The translations under genes were made by a program, and so were the position numbers. From Antedon mediterranea (lineage: Eukaryota; Animalia; Echinodermata): a stretch of 64,000 nt of DNA. A model generated the notes under the pieces. The model saw only the letters and a program-made list of their open reading frames with translations. It did no database searches and was not told the origin of the DNA. The stretch is taken from contig NC_092675.1 of assembly GCF_964355755.1 (NCBI RefSeq), forward strand, positions 615,812-679,811, read 5' to 3'. Positions 51,206 to 64,000 of the stretch are shown here, in pieces (the stretch's first letter is position 1; every line of letters starts with the position of its first letter).

Positions 51206-52429
51206 TAACTCTATTTCAAAGCAAGCAGACACGTGGGTACACGCACACAGGAAAAGCGTCAGCGACACGCATTCAGTCATTCAGAACATTTTAAAAATGT
51301 ACGTTTTTAATGTAAGTAGACGAACTGTCTGCATCAAGGGACTGTTTCGTAAAGTTAAATAACATTGGCTATCCGTCCGTTTTTCACATGCCATAAAATC
51401 ACAAATACGTGTACACACCATTTTAATCTAAATTCAAGTCATATACAAATTAGTAGCAATTAAGGTGTTAATAATGAGTATCTGTCAGCAGAAAACAACG
51501 TTATAATAGCCTACCTAGACGATTCTCAGTAGGCCTACTGCATAGTCAAGTTATCATGGCAATCGGTGATACGCCGTTAAAAATTCCAAACTTAAAATCG
51601 TTATACAATTTTAGAGAAAAGGTAAAAAGCACGTTAAAGCACAAAAAAAAAAAAAATAACTGCTTATAACATACCGTACGTTGGTGTAAAATAAATTACG
51701 CATTATCGCATTATTATTATATATGATTCAAACCGTAGGCCTAAAATGTGCAAAATAATGCAATAACTCATAATAAAATGAATTATGATCAAAAGAATTT
51801 ACCTGAAGGCTATTATAGTCCCACTAAGAAATTGAAAGAAAACATGAAAAAACTACAGTATTTCTGCGCACGTTCAGTTGAGAGGTATAATGCACATAAG
51901 TTAAAGTTACACGCATTTTGCGTTGGGTGACGTTTGGCGTAAACGCGTAAGTAATTAATCAATTGACGGTGGACACGGGCCATGCATCATGTACATATAT
52001 AAGCGCGTTATAGACTGGTTATACCTGCAGTAGGTAGGCTTGCTAATAGTGCATGCCACGTTACTTCACATAAACGAAGAAACTTGTGCGATTGTTACAA
52101 CTTGGTGCAATCAATTATCCTTCAACAGTGTTGTATTACGACTCATTAAACTATTTCAATAAACACTGTGAAAGTCAGATATCGCTTTAAAATTGACTTT
52201 GGAATTTCATTAATAGAATAGCATACGGTACGCTTTACTAGACGTATACATATAATTTATATTGACTTTAATTGCTACATCTATACATATATTTACATTA
52301 AATTTATTGATAAAAAATTACCTACTTTATGAATAATATCGGCTTAATAGTCATAGATTTAAATATACAGTGCATTTCAAACACATTTAATACACTAGGT
52401 GCACTTAAATTGAAAATTGAAGAGTTTTG

Positions 52430-52584
52430 AATTTAAACCTCACTCCTCTCATGTTGATAGCGATGGTTAGACCTATCTTAATTTAAACCTCACTCCTCTC
52501 ATGTTGATAGCGATGGTTAGACCTATCTTAATTTAAACCTCACTCCTCTCATGTTGATAGCGATGGTTAGACCTATCTTAATTT
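52430..52584. repeat. Perfect 50-bp tandem repeat x3
   Basis: Unit AATTTAAACCTCACTCCTCTCATGTTGATAGCGATGGTTAGACCTATCTT. Confidence 0.97.
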
Positions 52585-53784
52585 TAACTTACGGCTTATT
52601 AGCAGCAATCAAATTAATATCATTCATTCAGTGAGTTCCTATCACGTGTCGTGCATTATCCATTTTAAATGTTTTAGTACTATTGCACGTTCAATTCATG
52701 TTCATTTATTTAGACAAAAAGCAGCATGGACCTTACACAAGAAGAAATGCATTTCTACAGTTCCTTACACAAGAAGAAATGCATTTCTACAGTTTTCCTT
52801 TTACAAAATAAAAATATGTTATAATGGCAGAAAAGGCAAACTAGTGGGGAAAGCAGCGTGGGTTTCAATTGACAATTTCAAAGAAAAAAAAAACACCTCC
52901 AAAATATCAATATGTCAATAATGCGTGACAAATTCAACTCCTGACCCCTAATAATATAAACTTACTCCAACGTTGATTTAACTTCGGATCAAAACTTACT
53001 GCACATTCCAATCATTTAATTATCTAAAGATCGTTTTGTCTTTAAACCATCATAAATAAGCAACTTCGTATTATATATTGTATTACGTTCACACGTAGGC
53101 GCATCGCATGCAAGATTAGTATTTATGATCGCAGTATTATTATCGTTATATAGTTAGTATAATGTGAATGATGTCATTTAATTCAATTTCATTGTGAATA
53201 TGTTAAAAATTGAAGATGCTCAAATAAATATTATATTATTGTTAAATCTTTACAATCTACTCTCGTAGATGTAGCCAAATAAAGGTTACAACAACTTTAG
53301 AACCAATGTAAGGAGGTCTACCACAATTAATTCAATTAGCGGTAGGCCGGGTCAAAAAAATTGACGACGTTTGAGGCATCTTCCATAGGCCTATACTAGT
53401 ATCTAATTTGTAAAAATACTTCCTCGTCTGAACCGAGCCTTACACTCCTTGTCAATGAAATTATGTCCATGATAATCCAACCAAGAAGGAAAATGAAATA
53501 CGCATGCGTACACATACAATTGCTTTTGTCGAAACCAACTTCCTTACAAGATTAATATTCATCTCACGTTAAGATGTCAAACGCCGGGAATAGTTGTCAA
53601 GAAGTATTTCTACAATGCTTCTATTTTGGTTTTACTATTGTAACAAATGAACAAGATTGCATCAATCGCAGACTGCTGCTTTAAACGCACTTGTTGTCTG
53701 AATGATTTTATTGGAGCTTAAAACAATCTATATTATCAATCGGTAACAATATTCATGTAGATTTAAGAATTCACTTATGACTAA

Positions 53785-54666
53785 AGCTTGGTTCCCACTA
53801 GGACGTAACGCAAGACGTAAGCGCAACGCAAGGTAATTTAACCAATCAAATGCGATGGATTATTCGAACTATTGCTTGTCATTGGTGGCAACTCGCCTGC
53901 GTTGCGCTTACGTCTTTTCATTGCGTCCTAAGTGATTGCGTCATTGATTTTAGGACTAAACATAAATTTAATTTTCAACCAATCACTATCAAAGGTAAAG
54001 AAATTGAAATTGTTGACCAGTACAAGTATCTAGGAATTGTTTTCAATGATAAACTGAGTTGGGGAGACCATATAGACTTCATCAGCAAAAACTTAAGTCC
54101 CAGAATGTATTGTATGAGAACTTTATATAAATTTAACTCCTGTGATTTGATGTTACTTTCGTTCTATAGATCCGTTATATGTAGTGTTTGGACGTATTGC
54201 CTCTCCTGTTGGGCTGGTAATGTTACCGGAGGGAATAAAGGACGCCTTGAAACTTTCATCCGTCGGGCTGGTAAAATGATTGGTCTGGAACTGTCTTCCT
54301 TTACCGATGTGCACCTAGAACACCTCCAGAAAGATTTCGAACGCATTGAGTCGGATGCCTCTCATCCTCTCCACAAAGTGATCATAGACCAACTTAATCC
54401 AAGTGGTAGATTGAGGCTCCTCAGTGTGAAAACAAATCGATTTGCTAAATCCTTTATTCCCTCCGGTATCATCCAGTACAACAGGAAGTCAAGAAGATAA
54501 TTTTATATTGTAATTTTTAGATGTTTTTATATGAATGGTTTTATGCTATATTTGTTTTTATAGTGTTTTCTTTGTTATTATGACGAGCAATGAATTTCCT
54601 TTTGAGGATCAATAAAAGTTATCTTATCTTATCTTATCTTATCTTAAGTGGGCCGGGAACCAAGCT
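53785..54666. mobile_element. MITE family B copy interrupted in its right TIR by a Rex1-like LINE
   Basis: Left TIR AGCTTGGTTCCCACTAG at 53785; the MITE body ends at 53934 and resumes at 54645 (...GGGAACCAAGCT). Confidence 0.85.
53935..54644 (+). mobile_element. 5'-truncated Rex1 (Rex-Babar)-like LINE
   Basis: VIDFR...PITIKGKEIEIVDQYKYLG...LSWGDH...FYRSVICSVWTY...HPLH...SGRLR...TNRFAKSFIP matches the Rex1 ORF C-terminus; 3' AATTTCC...GGATCAATAAA and (ATCTT)5 tail; TSD TAAGTG (53929-34, 54645-50). Confidence 0.9.
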
Positions 54667-55212
54667 TTAATAACACGTTTTTGTACTTTATTTTAAGCAT
54701 AACTTTGCTTTTACAATTACAAAGTTATTTAACAAAATTTAAAATCAGTTATTAATTGTCCCGTACACCATGCTACTTGAATCTTAGAGCTGATTATAAT
54801 TTAACTGACTTATAATATTGTAATAACCGCTTTTAAAGTTATATTACAACCTAGTTATTAGAGTGGCCATTTCAAGTAAAATTGAAGAAGATCAGCGCAA
54901 AACTAATCAGGTAATCTGTACGCTGTAGCAAATGTAGGGCCTGTGCACGTCGAGTGTTTGTATATTGGATTCCCTACAAACTCATTATTGTGCGCCAGGC
55001 ATAATTATTATGCGCTAGGTAATCATGTTTGATTTGTCCTTATGGATAATTAGTCAGAATGAATACAAATGGAATATTGACAAAGGATATAACAATATTG
55101 CCTTTAATTACAATATCCATGCTATTAATGAATGACTGAATGCTGACACAACTCGAGAAATTCAGTCATGTTCAAAATCAAATCAACGTTCTTAAATTGG
55201 AGATAGTAAATT

Positions 55213-55336
55213 AACAAGGCAATATACATGGTCGCAGTCGCGTGCTCAAGTTAGTGTTTACCGACCGACCGACCAACCGACCGATTAACCAACCGACATA
55301 GTGAGCTGTAGAGACGCGTTGCACGCGACTAAAAAA
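55213..55336 (-). mobile_element. HINE/DINE-1-like element, copy 3
   Basis: Same sequence as 43989-44100, complete to CACGCGACTAAAAA. Confidence 0.85.
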
Positions 55337-56670
55337 GTAAATAAACACTCAGAAACTGAGCAAAATACTTACCAAAATACAGAGAGCGACAGAGGGCGTC
55401 CTATTAACTATTTCGACTTATGTTAAAGGTACAGAGAACTCGAGATGGTACGAAGTGTTTGTTAAGTCACCAATATATCGATTTGTATGAAAATGAATAG
55501 AAATGGTCTGCTGACATATATGGCTATACAAATTCAGAAAACAAACTTGAAAATCAACATAAAATAACATACAAACATATAAAGTAAGTAACATACTTGG
55601 AAAATACTTTGCGCATAACATTCAATTTCGATTTCAATTAGTTTTCTTGTTGAATTATTCCATGTCCATGAAACAATTCAAAATTAAAGACAGTGTCATC
55701 TTATTCGGCCTTATTGTTTGAATTATATTTTGTTAAAAATATGTTAAAGATTTGAACTTCAATAACACGCGATGAATTATTTACGCTGCATATATTTAAT
55801 ATATAGATTGCGTTTGATTAATTTATTAAATAACAGGTTGACTAAAGAGTTACTAATGAGAAATTGGTAGCTCATCAGTAAATTTACAAGCATGGCAGCA
55901 CAATCGGAATTGAGTAACAACTCTAGTCTTAATGTGTCTTACTTTAGGCATACTGATTATAATTACTGTGGTAATGAATTAGCCTTCTCCTAAATGCAGG
56001 CCTAATGCTATGCTACAATTTGTATAATAACATGTAATGTAACTTACTGTGCAACTTTGTTACCAGAGTTTAGGAACATACCAAAATCACAAATAACCCT
56101 ATCGATCAAATCCAACTATCTTGATTGAAAAATTTCTACAATACATTGTGTATTTAGTACAATGTTATAGTCAGCTTGCCTTGTTCAGTTGTCGTTTCTG
56201 CGACTGCTATTAGTGCGATCACAGGTGGTCACTTCGCCCCTATCTATTGTTAAATCTCCTTAGAAATGCAATTCTTTTAAAACCATTGTTCTGTTCTGTA
56301 CGCAAATTATTAAATTGGTACTAGCGTGTAACAAGAACTGATATCATGTAAATGAGTACCAGCACAGTGTTTTAGTGATGCATACAGTTAAATGATGGTA
56401 AAATAGAATGAGTTATACATCATAAAATAATACATACTGCTAATAATAAGTAAGTATGATGAGATAAATACGAGGTCGATGATGTCATGCACGTAAAATA
56501 CATTGACCAAAATGAAGTTAATGAGGATCTTGTAATGAAAGAAACACTTAAACAACTCTTAAGCAGTAAATGTTTTAACAATGGTTGAACTAAAATATTT
56601 ATCTAATATTCTATGACAAGATTCATATGTGAAATATTTTTAGTTTAATAATTCAAAATCAGCACACTAA

Positions 56671-56795
56671 AGCTCTGCCAACAAACTTCATGTGACAAAA
56701 AGTTTGATGTACCCTAATATGTTAGTGATATGACATCATCATGGCCATATATGGACACATCTTTTTGTCGCATAAGGTTTGATGGGTAGACAGAA
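56671..56795. mobile_element. MITE family A copy (reverse orientation, diverged)
   Basis: AGCTCTGCC...GTGATATGACATCATCATGGCCATATATGGACACATC...GTAGACAGA. Confidence 0.7.
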
Positions 56796-59700
56796 TTACA
56801 TAGGCCTAATTGTGGATTAGTGTAGAAAAAGTCAGCATCAAGAGCAACTGTATTACATATAAATCGAGAATAAGCAACAGAATATCTGGAGGTCATTGGT
56901 ATGAATGTCGTACGCGAACAATCGCAATTTGTACAATTTGTGTACCGTACTGAGTATTTAGTACAATGTATTACATTAATCTACTAAATATTATTACAAC
57001 AAATTGTACCTGCGTTGTGTGTTCCATTGCGTTGAACGCACGCTCAGTTGCGTTACGTTTCTGGGATACTCTCGAATTATTATGATAAATCAATACACGA
57101 TACGGCAGTCAAACTAATAAATCAAATCATATTACGTTTAGAAAAAGCTGCAAAATCATGTCAGCAATTGAAGATCAGTTTCAACGAAATGAAAGTAAAA
57201 CATTTTGCAGATTATGATTTCGTTCTTGTATATCGGATGAGGAATGTGGTTTTAAGAATGAAAGTGATGGAAATAGCGTTTAAATTACATGCTTAGTTAG
57301 TAGACTATAATCGGATTTAACAATTCAGCAACGAGAATGCATGCTGGTAATGAACTCAATAAATGTTAAACTAGTTATTATACGAGAAATTAGAGTAATG
57401 AGTTGGTTTACGGATTAAACGATTTATTGTAATGAGAGGATAAAACATAGCCCTGAACATAAATAACTATGTATTATCCTGGGAGAATAACAGATTAAAA
57501 TAATAATTTCTCAATTTAAAACATAATGTAGGCCTAGTGCCTTTATTTTCACCCGCGTTTGTCCTCATTTACGAGATTTTAGGCACCACAAAAATTAAAC
57601 ATGCATGAAAAAAGATGTGTAGAATATTAAATTAAATAATATCAAATATTTCGGGTCGCGAAAATAATGAATTTGCTTTCATGCATTTGTTCCATGTATT
57701 TTATATGTTGTAAGATCATTCATTTACAACAAGGATTCTATAATAGTATAATAAATAGGTTAGGAATAAGGACAGTTTAGCTATGTTAATGGGTTCATAA
57801 TTTATGGCCAAATCTATAATGGGAGCATAAATAAACGTAATAAATAATATATGTTTTCGTAATTCCATGTCTATAAGCGCTTATTATAAATTATCAATAC
57901 TGGATTTGGAAATCACGGAGAGCTACGTTATTTATGGTTTTCAAAATAAATATATTGGCAATTTAAAAAGTAAATATTGCAAAATGTTGGGCTTTTTGTT
58001 TTAAGTTATTATTTAGTTTTCCTAAATATTTCAAAGACTAAAGTTGTCTCTGCACCCTCTGTGGTATCTTTTAAAAATATTATTATTATCCCCAGAAATG
58101 CAGGGTCAAGTTTCAATAAGTATCAATAAAGTATCAGATAAATAATAAATAAATAGTTTATGAATGGCAAACAAATTTGAGATTTTGCAATGAAAATTTG
58201 TTTTGCATTTTATGTTTGCTCATACATTAACAAAGGCATAAACAAAATCAGAATATAAACAACCAGGCCATTGACATAACTTGGATTATAAGCGTAAGGT
58301 GTAACAAATAACATGTCATGGACTTGGAAACAAATAAATACACTTCTCCTCAACATAGGCTCGTTCCGGCTTAGTATTTTGGCCAATTATCACTAACTTC
58401 TGTGGGTTTGTCACTAACTTACCCAGGTATAATAACTAACTGAATATAAACATGGATCAATTGTATAGGTCCATGCTGTAAATATCCCTTAATTCGCACG
58501 TACTTACTTGTCTACAAAGCCTCGTTCACACAGGGCTTAGGCCTAATGAGGGATCGGATGAAGCAACTGGTTTGAATCAAAATGCCGTTAATAAACTACT
58601 ATAATAATACTAATTTGAAATAAGATACATTGATCAATTGTATACTTTGCTTTATTTATAGGGAAAATGTATAAAACGCATTTAGTCTTACCTGTTTTCC
58701 GCCGCAATACTTTTCGTTTCTCTTATTAAATCCAAACCATTTATATCTTCTGTCATACGATTGATTGAAGCACACTCAATGAACACCATTACGTAAATGT
58801 TTCAAATCGTGATTCGCAGTTTGACTGTCGTGGCGCGCCATACATTGTGATAACATTTGGTTTTATTGCAGAGAATATAATAACAGGGAATACTAGTTTT
58901 GTAATTCAAGTTCGTGACAAACATGTATGCCAGCTCGTACTAATAATAATGACACTTATTAGTATTTATATTTCCATTATTGTTCACAATTTTATTACAT
59001 ATCGCTTGCATGATGAACGTTTGAATGACTTACAAATAATTTGTAATTATTATTCAAATCGAATTTACAATAGGTCTAAATATTATACTATATATCATGC
59101 TTATTTATACGTTAGTTACGTGTTTAGAATGTAGGTCTAGGTTAGGTTTCTTTTTAGATTTTGTTCTGTTAAAACTGTTTGAGGTCACATGATACACATA
59201 ATGTTTGTACCCACTGTATAATAGACATATTATGTAAAATAAAAATAATCAAAAATCGATTGGAATGAGCCGTTCACGTGGGCTTTCATTATAACTCCGG
59301 AAAGTCATCGTTTCTAGTTCGCGGGTTAAGTAATTGCAAGGGATGTAATTTTTCATCAAAGTAGGCCTACGTAATAGATCAGTTTTATACCTAATTGTGA
59401 AAATATCGATTGTGTTTAGAATCAATAGCTTAAATTGTGACAGCAAGAATGTGCAAACTGTGAAACATTTGATGATAGAAACTTTACTTTGCTTGGAATA
59501 ATTCAAAATTACAGAACGGACCCTCGGCATTTTAACATTTCTATTTACTTATCACTGGGCCTACGAAGCACAATAATATACAGTTGTGGTTCTCTTATCA
59601 CAATTCATTCGTTTCGTCAGTTTTGCTAAATGAAATTTTAATTAAAACATTATTGCGTGGTACGTGTCATTGTAGTAGTTTAAATACAGAGGAAAGTCAC

Positions 59701-61619
59701 TTTACATACCGTAGTTGTTTACATCCTCCACAATGGAAATAAGCAATCGTTGATGGCGCTAAACTACACAATTTTACCCAAGTGGACAATAATGAAGTCC
59801 TGCAATAATGGATTATAAGAGGCTAACATGTGAGCAACAAAGTATAATTAATGGGTCTACCTTGTACAGTAACTCGAAAAAAAGAAATGTTTGAGATTGA
59901 AGAAATGAGTCTACCATAATCCATTAAACAAGCAAGTAGTCGACAATAATCTTGTAATACAATATTCTGTGACAGTAGTAACAACTATCATAGCGCCCTC
60001 ACACACATGGAAATCTTTTGAAATCATGTAATTTATGTAATGTCGCCCTCATCAAAACAAATCAGACTACAGACAAATTTATAGCGATATTTATATATAA
60101 TTTATGATATCTATAATACAATTCCTTCTCAAACTTAATTTGTACATTTCTTAGCTTTTAATTTTTCTCAGTTTATTGTAATAATTTTTATGGTGTTTTT
60201 ACTATACAAGTTAATATTTGAAAATCTCAACTTTTTCAGTGGTTTGGCATTACAAAGAATTCTTTGTATTTTGTAATTTGTTTTTCTGTCTAATTTTTTA
60301 TTTTCTGTATACTTGTTGCACATCTCATTGAGACTGTGCATCTGATATAAAAGAGCTACAACAAAGTTCAGTTCTACGAAACTGAGTTTTATGCAGGTTA
60401 GGTAAAGTTGGAATGTCTTCTAAACGTTAATCTCTTTCATTAATTGTTACCAATGCACTTGACAGTGCCATGGCAATACGGTTTTAAAAACGTCTGTTTT
60501 TTAATTGTCCGCATTGTGCCTATATATTGTTTATTCGGATATCAGAAGAGTCATTATGTAACTGTATATTTTAAGCCTATGTATTCTATACATTTTATTT
60601 CAACAATATTTTACGAGGGTGGTCCATCCAGCCGAAGCTGATCATTAGGGACCCTCACAGAAATACAACATGACGAGACATAAACATGTAACAATAAAAA
60701 TCAAATTAAAATAGGCCCCTAAATATAATTTATAAAGATAAAAATCAAAATTAAATTGGCCATCACAGAAGAAAAGATATGGAAAAGGAAGCAACTAAAC
60801 AAGAAGATGGTTCTTGAGCAGAAATTGGAAGGAAGTGTAAAATGATCGGAATATGTCTAAATTGGTTTGCATCACATTACACATAATTATGAGGAATTAA
60901 AATCCAATTGTTATAAATTGAATATGTTATGTAAATTTAAATAAGAGTAATGAAATCTGGAAATAATGAGGCAGACGTGATGACGTCAATTGTTTTACGG
61001 CATAAATTGGTTGAAATCAATTGAAAACGATGAATAATTCTAACACCATGACTTTATTTCTTCTTTAATATTTGTTTATATAAATTGGTTTAATAAATAA
61101 CAATTATGCTGTATTGATCTACTATAAATTTATCAATATTTCATCTTCTTGTATGATTAACAATATTTATTCCTTATTATTATATGTCTATGTTTCAATT
61201 ACACGAAGGCTGTTGCGTAAATGTATAAAAGGTTAAACTCGACTGATTTTAATGTCTTATGCATTTCATGCAACTGAAGATACATACGTTCACGATATAA
61301 AATCAATAAAAAGGCTTTAGAATCTTCGGTAAACTGATTCAATCATATACATCATTATGTTGCCAATAATGGTTCAATGGACGCCGCGATCTTAATTTTT
61401 ACATTTCTTAGTTGTTAATCTTACTCAGTTTATTTTAATAGTATGTATGTGTGTTTTATTATACAAGTTAATATTTGTCATGATAAAGGATACTTTATAT
61501 TTTGTATTTCTTTTCCATTTACTGTAGGCTAGCAAGTCGACGTAGGCCTATTTAATATAAAATCTCTTCAACTATATAGGTCTATAGAATAGGCCTATTT
61601 AAATATTATCGCGTATTTA

Positions 61620-61718
61620 AGCTTGGTTCCCACTAGAGACGCAACGCAAAGACGTTAATTACGCAGCGCAAGTGATTCGACCAATCACAAGCGATGGATT
61701 ATTCGAACAGTTGCTTGT
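61620..61718. mobile_element. MITE family B left half
   Basis: AGCTTGGTTCCCACTAGAGACGCAACGCAA...ACCAATCACAAGCGATGGATTATTCGAAC. Confidence 0.8.
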
Positions 61719-62144
61719 CTGTCTGAAGTTCAAATGAATTATGAATATGAATTATTAATCAATTGTTTGCATAATCGGAAATTCTTCTGTTCTGTTGCCG
61801 ACATTGTAATACTTGTTACTATAGGCCATTGAGAGTTTATGGTGCGGCCCATTAAATATTATTGCAACTTACATCGAAATAATGAGCAGTTTAATTAGAC
61901 ATTCTTATATTTACATTAATTACCATATGCTTTCAAAATTAATAATTTACTAGATATCGTCGTCATATGGGCTATGCCTATAGTATTAAGTAATGTAATG
62001 TTGCATAACGTCTCTGCTGTGGCGATATGATTTCAAAAAATGATTTAAAAAAAATATGCTCCTTGAGGATTTCGAGGATTCAGGTTACGTATTAATATTT
62101 ATACAGTATTATTTATTTATTTCACAACACATGTTGATGACATA

Positions 62145-62320
62145 AAATGGCTGGTGTGTACCACGTGAGCTGAATGTTGTCTTTACATTAATGTTGGTGA
62201 ATATGAAACAAAATGGCTGGTGTGTACCTACCACGTGACCTGAATGTCGTCTTTACATTAATGTTGATGAAAATGAAACAAAATGGCTGGATTGTACCAC
62301 GTGAGCTGAATGTCGTCTTT
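62145..62320. repeat. ~66-70-bp tandem repeat x2.6, each with a CACGTG E-box
   Basis: AAAATGGCTGG...TACCACGTGASCTGAATGTYGTCTTT three times. Confidence 0.9.
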
Positions 62321-63442
62321 GCTACTATGGGTGGAGTATTAATTTAATCTCGGAGTGGGTTGAAATCTGCTACGTTTACCATAATTGCCAGACATGCAGC
62401 AAGCTTCATACAAGGCATAGTAAACCATAGATTCAATACGCGTTTCCAAATTTAAGTTTCTGATATCAATTTTTCAATCTTGCATTCATTGTCTGTTTTT
62501 TAAAAATTAAAAAAACCAATCAAATAATTCAATTCCAAAATAACTTTAATAATAACAATAATCATATGAAATAAAATATTTAAAATGTGAGCCACACCGT
62601 TGCTATGCTATAGGCCTAGTCTTTATATTCATTCTCTTAAAAAATTACCAAGGGATAAAATGTACCATGGACAATGACATTAATAGATTCACTCGAAATA
62701 TACGTTTCTATACAATATAATTACAAAATGATATTTCCATATCATATGTCCATATATGGGATGGGAATATATCAACAATCATTTTTTTCCTAAACATTTT
62801 CTTTAAAAAACCTTTTCAGCTAATTTTTAACAATAAATATAACAATACTGAGTTATTATATAGTGATTATCGTAACGTTCTTCTAGTCTACTAAAATTGT
62901 ATTTATCATTATGTTATTGGATCTATATATCTATTGTACTGTTCAATTACATATTCATATCATGAATTTGAATTTGTTTCATAATTATGCTTTTCATATT
63001 TATAATGCAATATCAATATATATATACATATATATAACAAATACTTTATAATCATTTTAATCCTAAATATTGATATAAAGATATTGTTTTTTCAAAGCAC
63101 CAATGACAATATACAATATTCACCTTTTGTTTAAATTTACTTTGTTTTTATTTGACATACTATATTCACAGGGAAATAATAGAATGGGAATGTATCTACA
63201 GAAAGCACTAACGCTTTTATTTCACAAACAAGATAATAACTAATCAAAATACAGAGAAACAAAATTGAACAACAGCTATATTATCATAAATGTTGCATGT
63301 AGACACTCTGCCAGAAAAATATTAGAACACTTCCTAAACCAGAAATGTTTCTAAGTTCAAAATTGTCATAATTATTTTTAACAGTGTCACCAGTACCAAG
63401 TTGTAAGAAATTGTACATTACGGATATATTATTACTCTAAAC

Positions 63443-63611
63443 CTGTCTACACATTCAAACTGTATGCGAGTAAAAAAAAATCAAAACAAATCTGATGTGC
63501 CCATACAGTATATGGACGTGACACAAAGTACCATATTTGAGCATATCACTACCATATTTGGGCACATCACACTTTTTTTTGTAAAATTAGTTTGATAGTG
63601 TAGACAGAGCT
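63443..63611. mobile_element. MITE family A copy
   Basis: CTGTCTACAC...GATGTGCCCATA...GGGCACATCAC...TTTGATAGTGTAGACAGAGCT. Confidence 0.8.
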
Positions 63612-63618
63612 ATAGATA

Positions 63619-63840
63619 CAGTAGAACTCCTGTTAAGGGGACAATAACATTAATTATAAGGTTTGTTTTGCACATTAGTGTTAAAACATATATTTCCCCT
63701 TGGAAAGTGTCCCCTTAATAAAGGGTGTCCCTTCAATAGCGGTTTGTCGTAGTGCTAAAACGTATATATTTCCCCATGTTCATTTCATAGGTAGGTAGGC
63801 TGGAGAAGAGTGTTCCAAAAAATGGGTTTTAGTTTACCTG
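63619..63840. mobile_element. Degenerate Tc1/mariner(pogo)-like MITE
   Basis: TA|CAGTAGAACTCC...AAGGGGACA and internal TGTCCCCTT / TGTCCCTT inverted motifs, ending CTG|TA; similar starts at ~17652 and ~9620. Confidence 0.3.
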
Positions 63841-64000
63841 TATTTAGTATACAAATGAGTGTCATAAACTAAGTGGTTTTCACACACTGGTCTTACACCA
63901 AGAAATTATATATTTTGTAGCTTGTAAAGGTAGAGATGTACTGGACGCAAGAGGCCATGTTAATGAATGAAGTTCAGTTGTATAAATTATCCTTATGTTT

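Overview
AT-rich (roughly 30% GC by eye) metazoan genomic DNA, possibly from an invertebrate deuterostome such as an echinoderm (inference only). There is no prokaryotic content, CRISPR array or cas gene. Two host genes lie on the minus strand. (1) The first coding exon and promoter of STK11/LKB1 (2089-2414); the rest of the gene runs off the left edge. (2) A complete three-coding-exon prostanoid-receptor-like class A GPCR (19094-18213, 9300-8777, 8249-7763; 630 aa after splicing). It keeps the family's intron positions but has lost D2.50, the TM7 carboxylate-binding Arg and the D/NPxxY motif, and has a ~290-aa tail ending in a PDZ ligand. The ~45 kb right of 19.2 kb holds no recognisable host coding exon. 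The non-coding DNA contains non-autonomous DNA transposons (hAT5-like, IS3EU-like, PIF/Harbinger MITEs, HINE/DINE-1-like, an unclassified 2.7-kb TIR element), 5'-truncated LINEs (Tx1/L1, Crack/L2, Rex1), a 28S rRNA 5' fragment and many minisatellites. Most notable: the atypical GPCR, a ~50-fold excess of the palindrome TAGGCCTA (possible transposon footprints), a 22-bp satellite apparently born inside a retroposon 3' end, and a MITE-LINE chimeric ORF.
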